Assembly: GCA_903858475.1 (NCBI GenBank)
Contig: CAIOIZ010000049.1
Span: forward strand, 1,238 to 65,237
Reading direction: 5' to 3'
DNA length: 64,000 bases
DNA from: an uncultured Bacteroidota bacterium
Lineage (GTDB): Bacteria > Bacteroidota > Bacteroidia > Chitinophagales > Chitinophagaceae
The position numbers and the translations under genes were made by a program. Below, in pieces: positions 54,248-63,968 of this stretch. A model generated the notes under the pieces. It had not been told where the DNA came from. It did not search any database and was given only the letters and a program-made list of their open reading frames with translations. Each line of letters begins with the position of its first letter. Position 1 is the first letter of the stretch.

Positions 54248-56755
54248 ATGACCAAAAAATTAACTGGAATGCTGCTTGCATTTCTATTCTTACACTCCTA
54301 TGCCTTTTCACAAATTCCGATAAAGCAGTTAAATGCGAAAAAAATTAACGGCAGCATCAAAATAGATGGAATATTAGATGAAGAGGATTGGAAAAATGCG
54401 CCGGTGGCCAGTCAGTTCACCACCTTAAAACCAGCACCCTTCATCCCCGAAAATCCTGATAATGCCAGTTCGGTTTATTTTCTTTATGATGACAACGGAC
54501 TTTATATTGGCGGTTACATGAAAGAAAAAACCAAAGACAGTATTTCAACTGAGCTCGTTGGAAGAGATGGCTTTGGCAACAATGATTTTGTAGGGGTTAT
54601 ATTTGATACATATCATGATAAACTCAACGCGTTTGAATATTTTGTAACTCCCTTGGGAGAACAGATGGATTCAAAATTTGCTTCTAATATGATTGGGAAT
54701 TCTGAAGACTTTAGCTGGAATAGTGTATGGCAAAGCGCTTCTAAAATTAATAATGATGGTTGGAGTTTTGAAATGTTCTTGCCCTATTCGGCCATTCGGT
54801 TTGGAAAAAAACAAGTACAAGATTGGGGATTGAATATTGTACGTCGTAGACAAAAAAGCGGCGAACAACTATTCTGGCAATCTATTGATCCCACCAAAAA
54901 TGGACTTTTAACACAGGAAGGGGTTTTAACTGGGTTAGCAAATATTAAACCGCCGATGCGTTTGCAGTTGTCTCCTTATTTTTCTGCCTATGCTAATCAC
55001 TATCCATATAATCAATCGGATATTAAAAACACCAATACACTTGTTAATGGTGGAATGGATGTGAAATATGGAATTAATCAAGCGTTTACTTTGGATATGA
55101 CCCTGATACCCGATTTTGGTCAGGTGGTTAGTGATAACAGGGTTTTGAATCTTTCTCCATTTGAAGTGAAGTTCAACGAAAACCGTTCTTTCTTTACTGA
55201 GGGTACCGAATTATTTGGAAAGGGCGACTTGTTTTATAGTCGACGCATTGGCAATTCTGCTCCTATTCATTATTATGATGCTTATTTTCAAACTAACGGC
55301 AATGAGCAGGTGATAAAAAATCCATCTGTAAGTAAGTTAATCAATGCAACTAAGATAAGTGGCCGTACACAAAGTGGGCTTGGTATAGGGGTATTGAATG
55401 CCATTACTAAACCACAGCATGCCATTATTGAAGGCAACAATAAAGAGCAAAGATTATTTGAAACAGATCCCTTAACCAATTATAATGTTTTAGTGCTCAA
55501 TCAATCGTTGAAACACAATAGCAGCATCTCCTTTGTAAATACCAATGTATTAAGAAGTGGCAACGATTATGATGCGAATGTAAGTGCCTTGCTTTTCGAT
55601 TTCAATGACAAAAAAAACAAGTGGAATCTTGGTGGTGGCATCAATAGAAGTGCATTGTATAACAAAGGGGGTAAAAATATTTTCGGCTATGCCCATACAC
55701 TTTATTTTAGTAAGACTAGTGGGCGCTTCAATTTTTATGCATGGCAGGAAATGAGTAATGATTCGTACGACAAGAGTGACATGGGTTATTTTACCAATAA
55801 TAATACAATGGATCAAGGGTTGTGGATGGGCTATAATTGGAACAAGCCAAGAGGTTGGTACAATCAATTGCGCATTAATACCGATTGGTGGTATAGTCGA
55901 TTGGTAACACCTATTGATATTGTAAAAGGTAGAGATCGAATGTATCAAGGAGCGGGGGTTAATTTTAGTCTAAATGCACAAACGAAAAAACTATGGTCAA
56001 TAGGTGCGAACTTAAGTGTAAAATTAGCCCATAATGATTTTTATGAACCAAGAGTAGTTGGTAGGGTTTTTCAAAATAAGGCCAGTATTGACTTCAGGGC
56101 CTTTTGGCAGAGTAATGAAGCTAAAAAACTTTCTTGGGCTGGTAATTTTATAGCGGGAACGGGGGCAGTCTTTAATCGCACCAGCATTGGATTAGGGCTT
56201 GGTGGTAAACTTCGGTTTTCAAGTAAATTCTCCATTGATCATAATGTTAATGTGGAGCATCATTCCAATCAAGCAGGTTGGGCGGATACCAAGTATTCAG
56301 GATCGGGGGCAGTGTATGATACAATAATATTTTCGAGAAGAAATTTAATGACCACCGAAAATATTTTCAATATGAAGTATAGTTTTAATAATAAAATGGG
56401 ACTTACTTTACGGGTACGTCATTATTGGAGCAAAGTAACACCCCAACAGTTTTATGAATTGAATAAGTATGGAAATCTTACAACCCCAACAACTCCCTTT
56501 GCTGGCAATGTAAATCAAAACTATAATTTTTTCAGTGCTGATATGCTCTATACCTGGCAGTTTGCACAGGGTAGTTTTATTAATATTGTTTGGAAGGATA
56601 TGGCAGAAACTTTTGATAGGGATATTGCACCAGGTTATTTCAAGAATTTGCGCAATACAAGTGCTGGCCCTCAAAACAATAGCTTGTCCATAAGGGTTAT
56701 CTATTTTATAGATTATCTGTCAGTGAAAAATAAATGGAAAAAAAAGGCTGTTTAG
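54248..56755 (+). CDS. DUF5916-like outer-membrane protein with N-terminal CBM9-like domain
   Basis: Signal peptide, IKIDGILDE..W, PDFGQV..D, LNLSPFE..F.ENR.FF.EG. Confidence 0.82.
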   Translation: MTKKLTGMLLAFLFLHSYAFSQIPIKQLNAKKINGSIKIDGILDEEDWKNAPVASQFTTLKPAPFIPENPDNASSVYFLYDDNGLYIGGYMKEKTKDSISTELVGRDGFGNNDFVGVIFDTYHDKLNAFEYFVTPLGEQMDSKFASNMIGNSEDFSWNSVWQSASKINNDGWSFEMFLPYSAIRFGKKQVQDWGLNIVRRRQKSGEQLFWQSIDPTKNGLLTQEGVLTGLANIKPPMRLQLSPYFSAYANHYPYNQSDIKNTNTLVNGGMDVKYGINQAFTLDMTLIPDFGQVVSDNRVLNLSPFEVKFNENRSFFTEGTELFGKGDLFYSRRIGNSAPIHYYDAYFQTNGNEQVIKNPSVSKLINATKISGRTQSGLGIGVLNAITKPQHAIIEGNNKEQRLFETDPLTNYNVLVLNQSLKHNSSISFVNTNVLRSGNDYDANVSALLFDFNDKKNKWNLGGGINRSALYNKGGKNIFGYAHTLYFSKTSGRFNFYAWQEMSNDSYDKSDMGYFTNNNTMDQGLWMGYNWNKPRGWYNQLRINTDWWYSRLVTPIDIVKGRDRMYQGAGVNFSLNAQTKKLWSIGANLSVKLAHNDFYEPRVVGRVFQNKASIDFRAFWQSNEAKKLSWAGNFIAGTGAVFNRTSIGLGLGGKLRFSSKFSIDHNVNVEHHSNQAGWADTKYSGSGAVYDTIIFSRRNLMTTENIFNMKYSFNNKMGLTLRVRHYWSKVTPQQFYELNKYGNLTTPTTPFAGNVNQNYNFFSADMLYTWQFAQGSFINIVWKDMAETFDRDIAPGYFKNLRNTSAGPQNNSLSIRVIYFIDYLSVKNKWKKKAV

Positions 56756-56771
56756 TCAGTTCGTATTTAAT

Positions 56772-56808
56772 AAGCCCTCCTTATCTACATAAGGAGGGCT
56801 TGCTTTTT
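56772..56808 (+). terminator. Intrinsic terminator
   Basis: 13-bp perfect stem AAGCCCTCCTTAT/ATAAGGAGGGCTT, followed by GCTTTTT. Confidence 0.85.
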
Positions 56809-56871
56809 ACGGATGTCCGGATTGCAGGGGTTTTAGAAAATTTGCTTAATTTGTGGGTCTAAAATTTTGGC

Positions 56872-57708
56872 ATGAAAAAATTATCAACCCTTGTTTTATT
56901 AATTGCTGTTGCAACGATTTTCAACGCCTGTAAGAAATCAGGTGGTTCTTCTGGTGGTACAACTCCTCCTGTAGCTACTCCCAAGTACACGAAAAAAGTG
57001 TTAGTAGAAGATGTAACTGGTACCTGGTGTGGCTGGTGTCCATTAATGGCTTATGCCCTTGAGCAAAAAGCAATTTCTACACCCAATCTTGTATCGGTTG
57101 GTTTACATGATAAGGCGGGTACTTCCGATATCTATCATTCTCCCTATAGCACTAGCATCAGAAGTAATTTTGGTATTAATGCCTTTCCTACAGCCTTGGT
57201 CAATCGCAAATCACAAGCGGACGATTCAAATGTGGGTTCTTTTATTGATGCCAATCTTGGTGGTAAAACAACGGCCGGTTTAAAAATAGAATCTACACTT
57301 GCTGCCAATAATATTTCAGTAAAAGTCTCTGTTGGGTTTAGTGATAATTATTCCACTTCATCAATGAAATTGGTGTGTTTTCTGGTAGAAGATCAGCTGG
57401 TGTCTCCGCAGGCCAATTATTTAAGTGGCAATGGTTCGTTTGCAGGCCATCCCTATTATTCAAAACCTAATCCCATTCCCAACTTTGTACACCACAATGT
57501 ATTGAGAGAAGTAGGCAATGGAGCTCCTTTGGGTGAGCCTATACCTGCATCACAAACAGGGATAGATGCTATATATACCAACACTTATACCATAAATACC
57601 ACAGGATATGTTGCCGCTAATTTATATGTGGTGGCATTTGTATTGAAAGGTACAGAATGTGTTAATGTGCAAATCGCTCCAGCGGGTGTTACGAAAGCAT
57701 TTGATTAA
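56872..57708 (+). CDS. Omp28-related outer-membrane lipoprotein (thioredoxin-like domain plus C-terminal domain)
   Basis: Lipobox FNAC, KVLVEDVTGTWCGWCP, AFPT cis-Pro, HHNVLR. Confidence 0.82.
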   Translation: MKKLSTLVLLIAVATIFNACKKSGGSSGGTTPPVATPKYTKKVLVEDVTGTWCGWCPLMAYALEQKAISTPNLVSVGLHDKAGTSDIYHSPYSTSIRSNFGINAFPTALVNRKSQADDSNVGSFIDANLGGKTTAGLKIESTLAANNISVKVSVGFSDNYSTSSMKLVCFLVEDQLVSPQANYLSGNGSFAGHPYYSKPNPIPNFVHHNVLREVGNGAPLGEPIPASQTGIDAIYTNTYTINTTGYVAANLYVVAFVLKGTECVNVQIAPAGVTKAFD

Positions 57709-57729
57709 TAAATTTGAAATTAATAATAG

Positions 57730-57761
57730 CAAAGGGTCATGCAGGAATGCATGGCCCTTTG
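57730..57761. terminator. Bidirectional terminator between convergent genes
   Basis: CAAAGGGTCATGCA-GGAA-TGCATGGCCCTTTG. Confidence 0.75.
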
Positions 57762-57791
57762 TATATAAAATAGTTACTGCAACTGCGGCAG

Positions 57792-59411
57792 TTAAAAATT
57801 ATAGGCTAAGGTTCCTGTAAATCCTAAATAAGTTGGAACAAATCGACAAACACCTCCTACACATACCAGCCCGCCTCTTTGTTTGGCATAGCCAAGCGAT
57901 AATCGAAGCGAGTTGTGGTTATAAGCGCTTCCTACATTGAAGTAGTTTATTTTTTTGCTTTGATAATTACTCAGGTTAGAAGCATAAAAACTAAGGCCAT
58001 TGCTGAAACTATATTCAGCCAATAGGGCATACCAGTTTTTTTCATCATCCTTGGTAAAGAGGTGTTGGATTTCGGTACGAAGTGATTGTTCTTCTTTTAT
58101 TTTAAATAGAAAATCTGCTATTAGAATATTAGCGTCTACACTTCCATAAGGCCCTCCTTGTAAAGCAGCTTTATTGTAAAATAAATGTTGATAGGAAAAG
58201 CTTCCCTTTACTTTGGCTGTCCATCTTTTTTCGAAGCTTAGGTTGATATCACGGAAATATTTTTCCTTGCCGAATGACAATGCTTTACTTGAAAATCCTT
58301 GGTTGCCGGAAAGGCGAGTGGTATCAAGTGCATTATAAAGAGCAGCATTTAAAATAAATTTTGCTCCGTAGGCGCCGCCAATTGGACTATTCTTGGCAAA
58401 ATGATAATTGATATCCAATTGCCCTCCGATTTCTTGTAACCATTGCGTATTGTGTGGATATATATTAGATACCAAGTAGGAATGTTGTTTGGTCAATGCG
58501 GGTAAATAATTTAGAGAGGTAACCGATTCGGTTGATACATAATTTGATTTAAAATCCATATTCTCTAATCTTCTCAGGCTAATATTAATGCCCCATCCTT
58601 TGGAGCTGCTATAAGATTGATTGAGCAGAAAGGCAGCCCCTTTTTTATATATGTATTTGTTTTGAAAATCTGGTTCAATAGATTTATTAACGTATTCAGC
58701 ACTGGCGCTATAATTATTTCTACTAAAATTAATTCTAGCAGCCAGGGCGGTAATGTGATCGGGAAAATTAGGCAGGGGTACTGTTACTTCTTGTTTTTTG
58801 TAAACATAGGAGCCGCCGATGTTTAAATGGGTTTGGTTATTGTCTTTTTCAATAGCTATAATATCAAATTCTGCATCTGCACCAGCAATGAGGCGGGCAG
58901 GAGAAAGGTCCATAAAATTGCGCTGTCTTCCTGCAAATGCTTTAAAGCGTATAGCCTTTACCGGTATTAATTTAAGGTGTCCCCCAAGAATGGCATTGTC
59001 AATGCCCAATTGCCTTTCTTCATAGGCGCGAAATACGATACCTGCACCAAATTGATCATAAAAAGTACCTGCCGTGATTTCGGCATATTTAGATTTATAC
59101 CTGATAAATCCATGTACCAATTGATTGCCATCATAGCCTGTTGGATAGCCTTGCAAAACTGGGTTGTATCCTTCCAATTGAATACCTGCTTCCAGGTGTT
59201 GGTATTGATAATTCAGATTGAGGTAAGTATTGGAAGCAAATCTTTTTTCAGGCAGGAGTATTCCTGATTTTTTATTCTCAAAATAATATTGATTATTAGA
59301 TTCAATGCCTCCCGAGAAATGATGGAGGGCATACCAAGGATTTTTATTTTGTGCAGCAGCATACTGCTGTAGGAATAGCAAACTTAGTGGCAGGATTATT
59401 TTTTTTAGCAT
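57792..59411 (-). CDS. DUF6029-like outer-membrane beta-barrel
   Basis: Signal peptide, GTFYDQFGAG..FRAYE.R.LG.DN, C-terminal GGLVCVGGVCRFVP...YNF. Confidence 0.75.
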   Translation of the reverse strand: MLKKIILPLSLLFLQQYAAAQNKNPWYALHHFSGGIESNNQYYFENKKSGILLPEKRFASNTYLNLNYQYQHLEAGIQLEGYNPVLQGYPTGYDGNQLVHGFIRYKSKYAEITAGTFYDQFGAGIVFRAYEERQLGIDNAILGGHLKLIPVKAIRFKAFAGRQRNFMDLSPARLIAGADAEFDIIAIEKDNNQTHLNIGGSYVYKKQEVTVPLPNFPDHITALAARINFSRNNYSASAEYVNKSIEPDFQNKYIYKKGAAFLLNQSYSSSKGWGINISLRRLENMDFKSNYVSTESVTSLNYLPALTKQHSYLVSNIYPHNTQWLQEIGGQLDINYHFAKNSPIGGAYGAKFILNAALYNALDTTRLSGNQGFSSKALSFGKEKYFRDINLSFEKRWTAKVKGSFSYQHLFYNKAALQGGPYGSVDANILIADFLFKIKEEQSLRTEIQHLFTKDDEKNWYALLAEYSFSNGLSFYASNLSNYQSKKINYFNVGSAYNHNSLRLSLGYAKQRGGLVCVGGVCRFVPTYLGFTGTLAYNF

Positions 59412-59417
59412 ATAGAA

Positions 59418-59912
59418 TTAGCGAATGGCTTGTTTTTTCAAGAATTTTTTTAATTCATTTTCACTCCCCGGCGTATAACCTGAATGTCGTTTTACAATGT
59501 CTCCTTTTTTATTAATGATAATGGTATACGGAACAGTATTGATATTCAGCGAACGCTTGAAGTCCTGGTTAACATCGAGATAGGTAGTAAAAGGCCAATC
59601 TCTTCCATTTAAAATTCCTTTTACGCCATTGAGTGTACGGCTATCATCAATGGCTATTGCGATGATGCTGCTATGCGTAGTCTTTTTCCAGTTCTCATAA
59701 TCTTCTGCCAATGCATCTAGTTCCTGCATACAGGGTTTGCACCAGGTGGCCCAAAAACTGATGACCACATATTGGCTACTGTCGATTAATTGATGGCTGC
59801 TGATTTCTTGCCCTTCCAGCGTTTTAAGAGTGGCCTTGGGTAAATAACTTTGTGTCAAAGCACAATGTGTAAGTAATAAGCTACAGATGGTTACGGCGAT
59901 TATTTTTTTCAT
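59418..59912 (-). CDS. TlpA-family exported thiol-disulfide oxidoreductase
   Basis: Signal peptide, SFWATWCKPC, TVPYT. Confidence 0.9.
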   Translation of the reverse strand: MKKIIAVTICSLLLTHCALTQSYLPKATLKTLEGQEISSHQLIDSSQYVVISFWATWCKPCMQELDALAEDYENWKKTTHSSIIAIAIDDSRTLNGVKGILNGRDWPFTTYLDVNQDFKRSLNINTVPYTIIINKKGDIVKRHSGYTPGSENELKKFLKKQAIR

Positions 59913-60150
59913 GCGATTGAATTCAGCAATAAAAGTACTGAATAAAATAAAGCGAAAAGGAGAAGGCCAATGAATTGCCTATTATGGGATGGTCCACAAT
60001 TAAGCTGTTCAATATTCGGCCTATGCCTGCAGCTTCCATCACTTGCCACATAGTAATAGAAATTTTAAGATCTTTGGCCTACGGTAGCATGCGAATTATT
60101 ATTTTTACCATTCCCCAATCAGTAAAGATTGGCAGCAGCACAAAAAAATA

Positions 60151-60158
60151 TATCTTTG
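60151..60158 (+). promoter_or_regulatory. TATCTTTG -7 element for pyrH
   Basis: Exact TAnnTTTG 53 nt upstream of the ATG. Confidence 0.65.
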
Positions 60159-60168
60159 CAAAAATTAT

Positions 60169-60189
60169 CAAACTGCAGTCTGCAGTTTG
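60169..60189. repeat. Perfect inverted repeat CAAACTGCAG-T-CTGCAGTTTG in the pyrH leader
   Basis: 10-1-10 palindrome read directly from the sequence. Confidence 0.8.
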
Positions 60190-60211
60190 GGCAACTATCT
60201 AAAATTGCTAT

Positions 60212-60931
60212 ATGCTTCCAAAGTACAAAAGAATCCTGCTTAAACTTTCCGGTGAATCATTGATGGGTAGTAAAACAAGTTTTGATCCCATTGATCCAGC
60301 CATTATTGCACAGTATGCCGCCGATATCAAACAAATTACCGATATGGGTGTACAAGTGGCAGTAGTAATAGGCGGTGGAAATATTTATCGTGGAATGAAT
60401 GAGGCAGAAAGCGGAATCGAAAGAGCACAGGGCGATTATATGGGGATGTTGGCCACTGTTATCAATGGCATGGCGGTGCAAAGTGGATTGGAAAAAGCAG
60501 GGGTGTATACCAGGTTGCAAAGTGCCATTAAGATGGAGCAGATTGCTGAACCCTATATTCGCAGAAGAGCGATGCGTCACTTAGAAAAAGGCAGGGTAGT
60601 GATTTTTGGAGCAGGCACGGGCAATCCTTATTTTACCACCGATACAGCAGGTTCGCTTCGTGCAATTGAAATCAAGGCCGATGTAATATTAAAAGGCACT
60701 AGGGTGGATGGTATCTATTCTGCCGATCCAGAAAAAGATCCAACTGCAACCAAATACGATACCATTACATTTAATGAATGCTTTCAGAAAAACCTTAAAG
60801 TGATGGATATGACAGCATTTACTTTATGCATGGAAAACGACTTACCCATTATTGTATTTGATATGAATAAGCCGGGCAATTTATTGAAAGTTGTAACAGG
60901 AGATAAAGTGGGCACCCTAGTTAGCAAATAA
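60212..60931 (+). CDS. pyrH: UMP kinase
   Basis: [39 protein letters not shown]. Confidence 0.98.
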   Translation: MLPKYKRILLKLSGESLMGSKTSFDPIDPAIIAQYAADIKQITDMGVQVAVVIGGGNIYRGMNEAESGIERAQGDYMGMLATVINGMAVQSGLEKAGVYTRLQSAIKMEQIAEPYIRRRAMRHLEKGRVVIFGAGTGNPYFTTDTAGSLRAIEIKADVILKGTRVDGIYSADPEKDPTATKYDTITFNECFQKNLKVMDMTAFTLCMENDLPIIVFDMNKPGNLLKVVTGDKVGTLVSK

Positions 60932-60953
60932 CTTAAAAAGATTAATAAAAAAT

Positions 60954-60983
60954 AAAGCGGTCACGTAATTACGTGACCGCTTT
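60954..60983. terminator. Perfect 30-bp palindrome; likely bidirectional terminator
   Basis: AAAGCGGTCACGTAATTACGTGACCGCTTT between convergent genes. Confidence 0.8.
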
Positions 60984-61005
60984 TATATATGAACAGGAAA
61001 CTTTA

Positions 61006-62004
61006 TTAGAGGGTGCCCAAATAGGCTTTGATATCTGCCAATCCGGTTTTAATTGGCGTAATAGGAACCGACTGATTGGAATTACCAGTAACATTCAATC
61101 CACTATTGCTGATTTGTTTTCCAAGATAATAGTCGTTGCCTTGTTTGGATATAACAACAATGGTAATAGGTTTGCCAACAGGCACTTTACCGGAAATAAA
61201 TTTCTTAACTGTTGGTTCGCCATACATACCAACTACTGTTCTCATTTCATTAAATACCAAGTAAACGGAAGTATTAGCATTGGTAAAATGGGCGGGTAAT
61301 TCGGTTTGTATTTTAACACGATTTGCACCCGTGGTATCATAGAAATAATCACAGTTTACCCAACGAAGGTTTCTGGAGTATAATTGGTAAAACTGATTAC
61401 CGGCAATTACTTGCGATGCAGTACCAGCAGTATCAGCTGGCAGCCAATTGAATTGGTTGGGGTTGGACTCGTCTCCATAAAAAACTTTCATTAAGGGAGA
61501 TGGCTGAGGATCTGCGAATTTTACCTGTATATAGGTACTGGGTTTCAGTTGTAATTCTTCGCCATCTTTTTTTAATTTGATAAAAAAGGAACCACCGCTA
61601 ACCAATAGACGATTGTTGCTGCTGGTGGGCCTTGCCATGCGAATCATATCTCCCTTGTTTTTTAATAACAGCAGCTCAAGATATACTTTGCCGCTTACTG
61701 TTAACCCATTGGGTCTTTGACAGCAGAAGGGAGGGAAATTAATATTTAGTCCAGCTGCAGTAGCATTCACTGTGGCCAAATTAGCATTCACTTCAAAACT
61801 ATCAGTATAAGTTTCTAGCAAAAGATTGTTTTGTAATATAGTTACTGGCATACCGGCAGTAATAGTAGCTACCCAATTGGTGTCAGGTCCGCTTACTTGA
61901 CCTGGGTCAGGGATAAAAACATCCGTATCCTTTTGACAAGCAGTTAGCAATAAGCTACTGCTGATAAAAAGGAGGGGGATAATATTTTTGTAATTCATTT
62001 TCAT
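61006..62004 (-). CDS. Hypothetical lipoprotein, probably surface-exposed
   Basis: Lipobox LLTAC followed by QKDTD; beta-rich composition; WVNCDYF motif. Confidence 0.75.
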   Translation of the reverse strand: MKMNYKNIIPLLFISSSLLLTACQKDTDVFIPDPGQVSGPDTNWVATITAGMPVTILQNNLLLETYTDSFEVNANLATVNATAAGLNINFPPFCCQRPNGLTVSGKVYLELLLLKNKGDMIRMARPTSSNNRLLVSGGSFFIKLKKDGEELQLKPSTYIQVKFADPQPSPLMKVFYGDESNPNQFNWLPADTAGTASQVIAGNQFYQLYSRNLRWVNCDYFYDTTGANRVKIQTELPAHFTNANTSVYLVFNEMRTVVGMYGEPTVKKFISGKVPVGKPITIVVISKQGNDYYLGKQISNSGLNVTGNSNQSVPITPIKTGLADIKAYLGTL

Positions 62005-62028
62005 TTTCTTTTCTACACTTTTTATAAA

Positions 62029-62054
62029 GATGCTTTGATAAATTATTTTGCTGC
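62029..62054 (-). promoter_or_regulatory. Candidate ECF-type promoter GCAGC-N17-CATC for the lipoprotein gene
   Basis: Spacing fits ECF promoters and an ECF gene lies nearby; short motifs, weak evidence. Confidence 0.3.
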
Positions 62055-62058
62055 CTGT

Positions 62059-63429
62059 TTATTTCAAATCAAGGCGTAAGCCCAACTTGATTCCGGCGGT
62101 ATTGTACTTTTGTTTAAGTGTTAAATTGTCTTTGTTCATAGAGGAGAGGTTGTGTCTGTAATAGGGTTCTGCTAGCAAGTGTAATTTGTCGGTTATTTTA
62201 TAATAAACAGAAACGCCTCCAGTAAACCCAATGCCGATATTCGTTTTAAATCCATACGGAGAAGCACTGTTTTTGCCAGTAGTGATATTTACTGGATTGC
62301 CCGCTGCATCTAGTACATCGCCTTTTTGCCAGCTATATACATTCACTATGGCCCCTGCATTTAAATTGGCATGTAGTTTTCCATTGCCTAATTCATAACC
62401 AACGATCAATGGAATATCGAGGGTTCTGTATTTATTGTAAGTTGTTTTATATCGTGTACCCGTTACCGTATAACTGCCGGTAGTATCGCCCTGGGCATTA
62501 ATGATATAGGTTACCTGTACAATATTGCCTTGTACAAGGGTAAATTTTTCATTGATTTGGCTATAGTTAAGGCCGGTACGCAGGCTCATACCATTATTGA
62601 ATACACGTGTATAGCGAATACCGGCACTAAAGGCAGAGGAGAATTTAGTACTGGCTTTTCTGCTTTGCAAGTAAGCACTATTGACTCCGGTATCAGAGAA
62701 AGATTGGAATCCCCTGTCGGGACTGCCATAAAATTCAAGATAGGTTTTGTTGCCAGCGGCATTTTCTTCAATAGTTGGACATCCGGGTAATACTACATTG
62801 GGCATTTTTCTTTCTTGCAATCCGGCTACACGGTGATGTAGCGTAGATGGATTATTCAATTCAAGGTAAAGGCGTCCCATTGGACCAAAACCACTGAGTT
62901 TATTTTCTGTTAATTCATTTGAATCAAAATCATCACTTGTGACCCACTCACTGCCATTAGGACTGCTTGTTTTAACCCTGGTACGGGAAAAGTTTTTTCG
63001 TACTCCCGAAAATAATGATGTGGTGCCAGCCTGGTTGGAACGAGCATCAGGTAAAGGTGAAGAAATACCAACTTGATCAACAGGAGTAGCAATGCCAGCA
63101 TCATTATTTAATGGAGTGGTGTTTGCGGTTGTTTGCTTTGGTTCAGAAGGAATGTTCGTATTGTTCGAAATTGCATTTTCATGGGACGAAGCACTATCTA
63201 CTGGCAAAATGGTAGTGCTGTGAGGAGTTTGTAAGAGCAACCAAACACTGGTTCCTATGGTAAGTAAAAGCCCAGCAGCAATCATCAAATTGCGTGTATT
63301 CAAAAGGGTTATCCAAAATCCTTTGGGCCTGCGTTCTCTTTTGGCCATAATATTATCCCAGATATGCAGTGGCACATCAGGTGAATATTGATGAAATTGA
63401 TCTTTTATGTGTTGGTCAAAATTACTCAT
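62059..63429 (-). CDS. Putative anti-sigma factor: short N-terminal domain, TM helix, low-complexity linker and C-terminal outer-membrane beta-barrel
   Basis: FDQHIKDQF...P..IWDNI N-terminus, TM at about aa 48-66, S/T/N/P-rich linker, barrel strands (SLRTGLNY, YRTLDIPL..GY, AEPYYR, GIKLGLRL). Confidence 0.7.
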   Translation of the reverse strand: MSNFDQHIKDQFHQYSPDVPLHIWDNIMAKRERRPKGFWITLLNTRNLMIAAGLLLTIGTSVWLLLQTPHSTTILPVDSASSHENAISNNTNIPSEPKQTTANTTPLNNDAGIATPVDQVGISSPLPDARSNQAGTTSLFSGVRKNFSRTRVKTSSPNGSEWVTSDDFDSNELTENKLSGFGPMGRLYLELNNPSTLHHRVAGLQERKMPNVVLPGCPTIEENAAGNKTYLEFYGSPDRGFQSFSDTGVNSAYLQSRKASTKFSSAFSAGIRYTRVFNNGMSLRTGLNYSQINEKFTLVQGNIVQVTYIINAQGDTTGSYTVTGTRYKTTYNKYRTLDIPLIVGYELGNGKLHANLNAGAIVNVYSWQKGDVLDAAGNPVNITTGKNSASPYGFKTNIGIGFTGGVSVYYKITDKLHLLAEPYYRHNLSSMNKDNLTLKQKYNTAGIKLGLRLDLK

Positions 63430-63968
63430 ACCGCCACTTTTTGTAATTGCATAATTTGTTTTTGCAGCATCGCTCTTGCTTTTACCAGTTGACTGCGACT
63501 GGTACCTGGTTGAATATTCAGCATCGTTGCAATTTCTTCGTGTTGAAATCCTTCCAGTACATAGAGGTTAAAAACGAGTCGGTAGCCATCTGGTAAACTA
63601 TTGATTAAATCCAGTAGGTCTTTTTCAGAAAGCTGACTGTAGGCACTGGGTTCTAAAATAGTTTCATCCCGGTCTTTTATCTCATAGCCAACCAACTCTT
63701 TTTCATAGCGTCTCAAAGAATATTTTTTTAAGGCAGTGTTCACTACAATTTTGCGTATCCATCCTTCAAAACTACCTTCAAATTTAAACTGATGAATCTT
63801 GTCAAACACCTTAATAAAGGCATCCTGCAAGATATCTTCCGCATCAGCACTATTTCGTGCATAGCGGTTACAAACACCCAGCATGCGGCCGGCGTACCGG
63901 TTATAGACCTCCCGTTGACAGGTGGCTTCTTCCCGTATGCATCCTCTTATGAGTTCTTGTTCTGTCAA
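63426..63968 (-). CDS. ECF RNA polymerase sigma-70 factor
   Basis: AEDILQDAFIKVF, FEGWIRKIVVN, region 4 HEEIATMLNIQPGTSRSQL. TTG start. Confidence 0.93.
   Translation of the reverse strand: MTEQELIRGCIREEATCQREVYNRYAGRMLGVCNRYARNSADAEDILQDAFIKVFDKIHQFKFEGSFEGWIRKIVVNTALKKYSLRRYEKELVGYEIKDRDETILEPSAYSQLSEKDLLDLINSLPDGYRLVFNLYVLEGFQHEEIATMLNIQPGTSRSQLVKARAMLQKQIMQLQKVAV

Noticed and set aside
59975-60202. 75-aa ORF between tlpA and pyrH
   Set aside because: Runs across the pyrH promoter and leader palindrome; no recognisable motif.
60973-61299. 108-aa plus-strand ORF after pyrH
   Set aside because: Antisense to the lipoprotein gene and starts inside the terminator palindrome.
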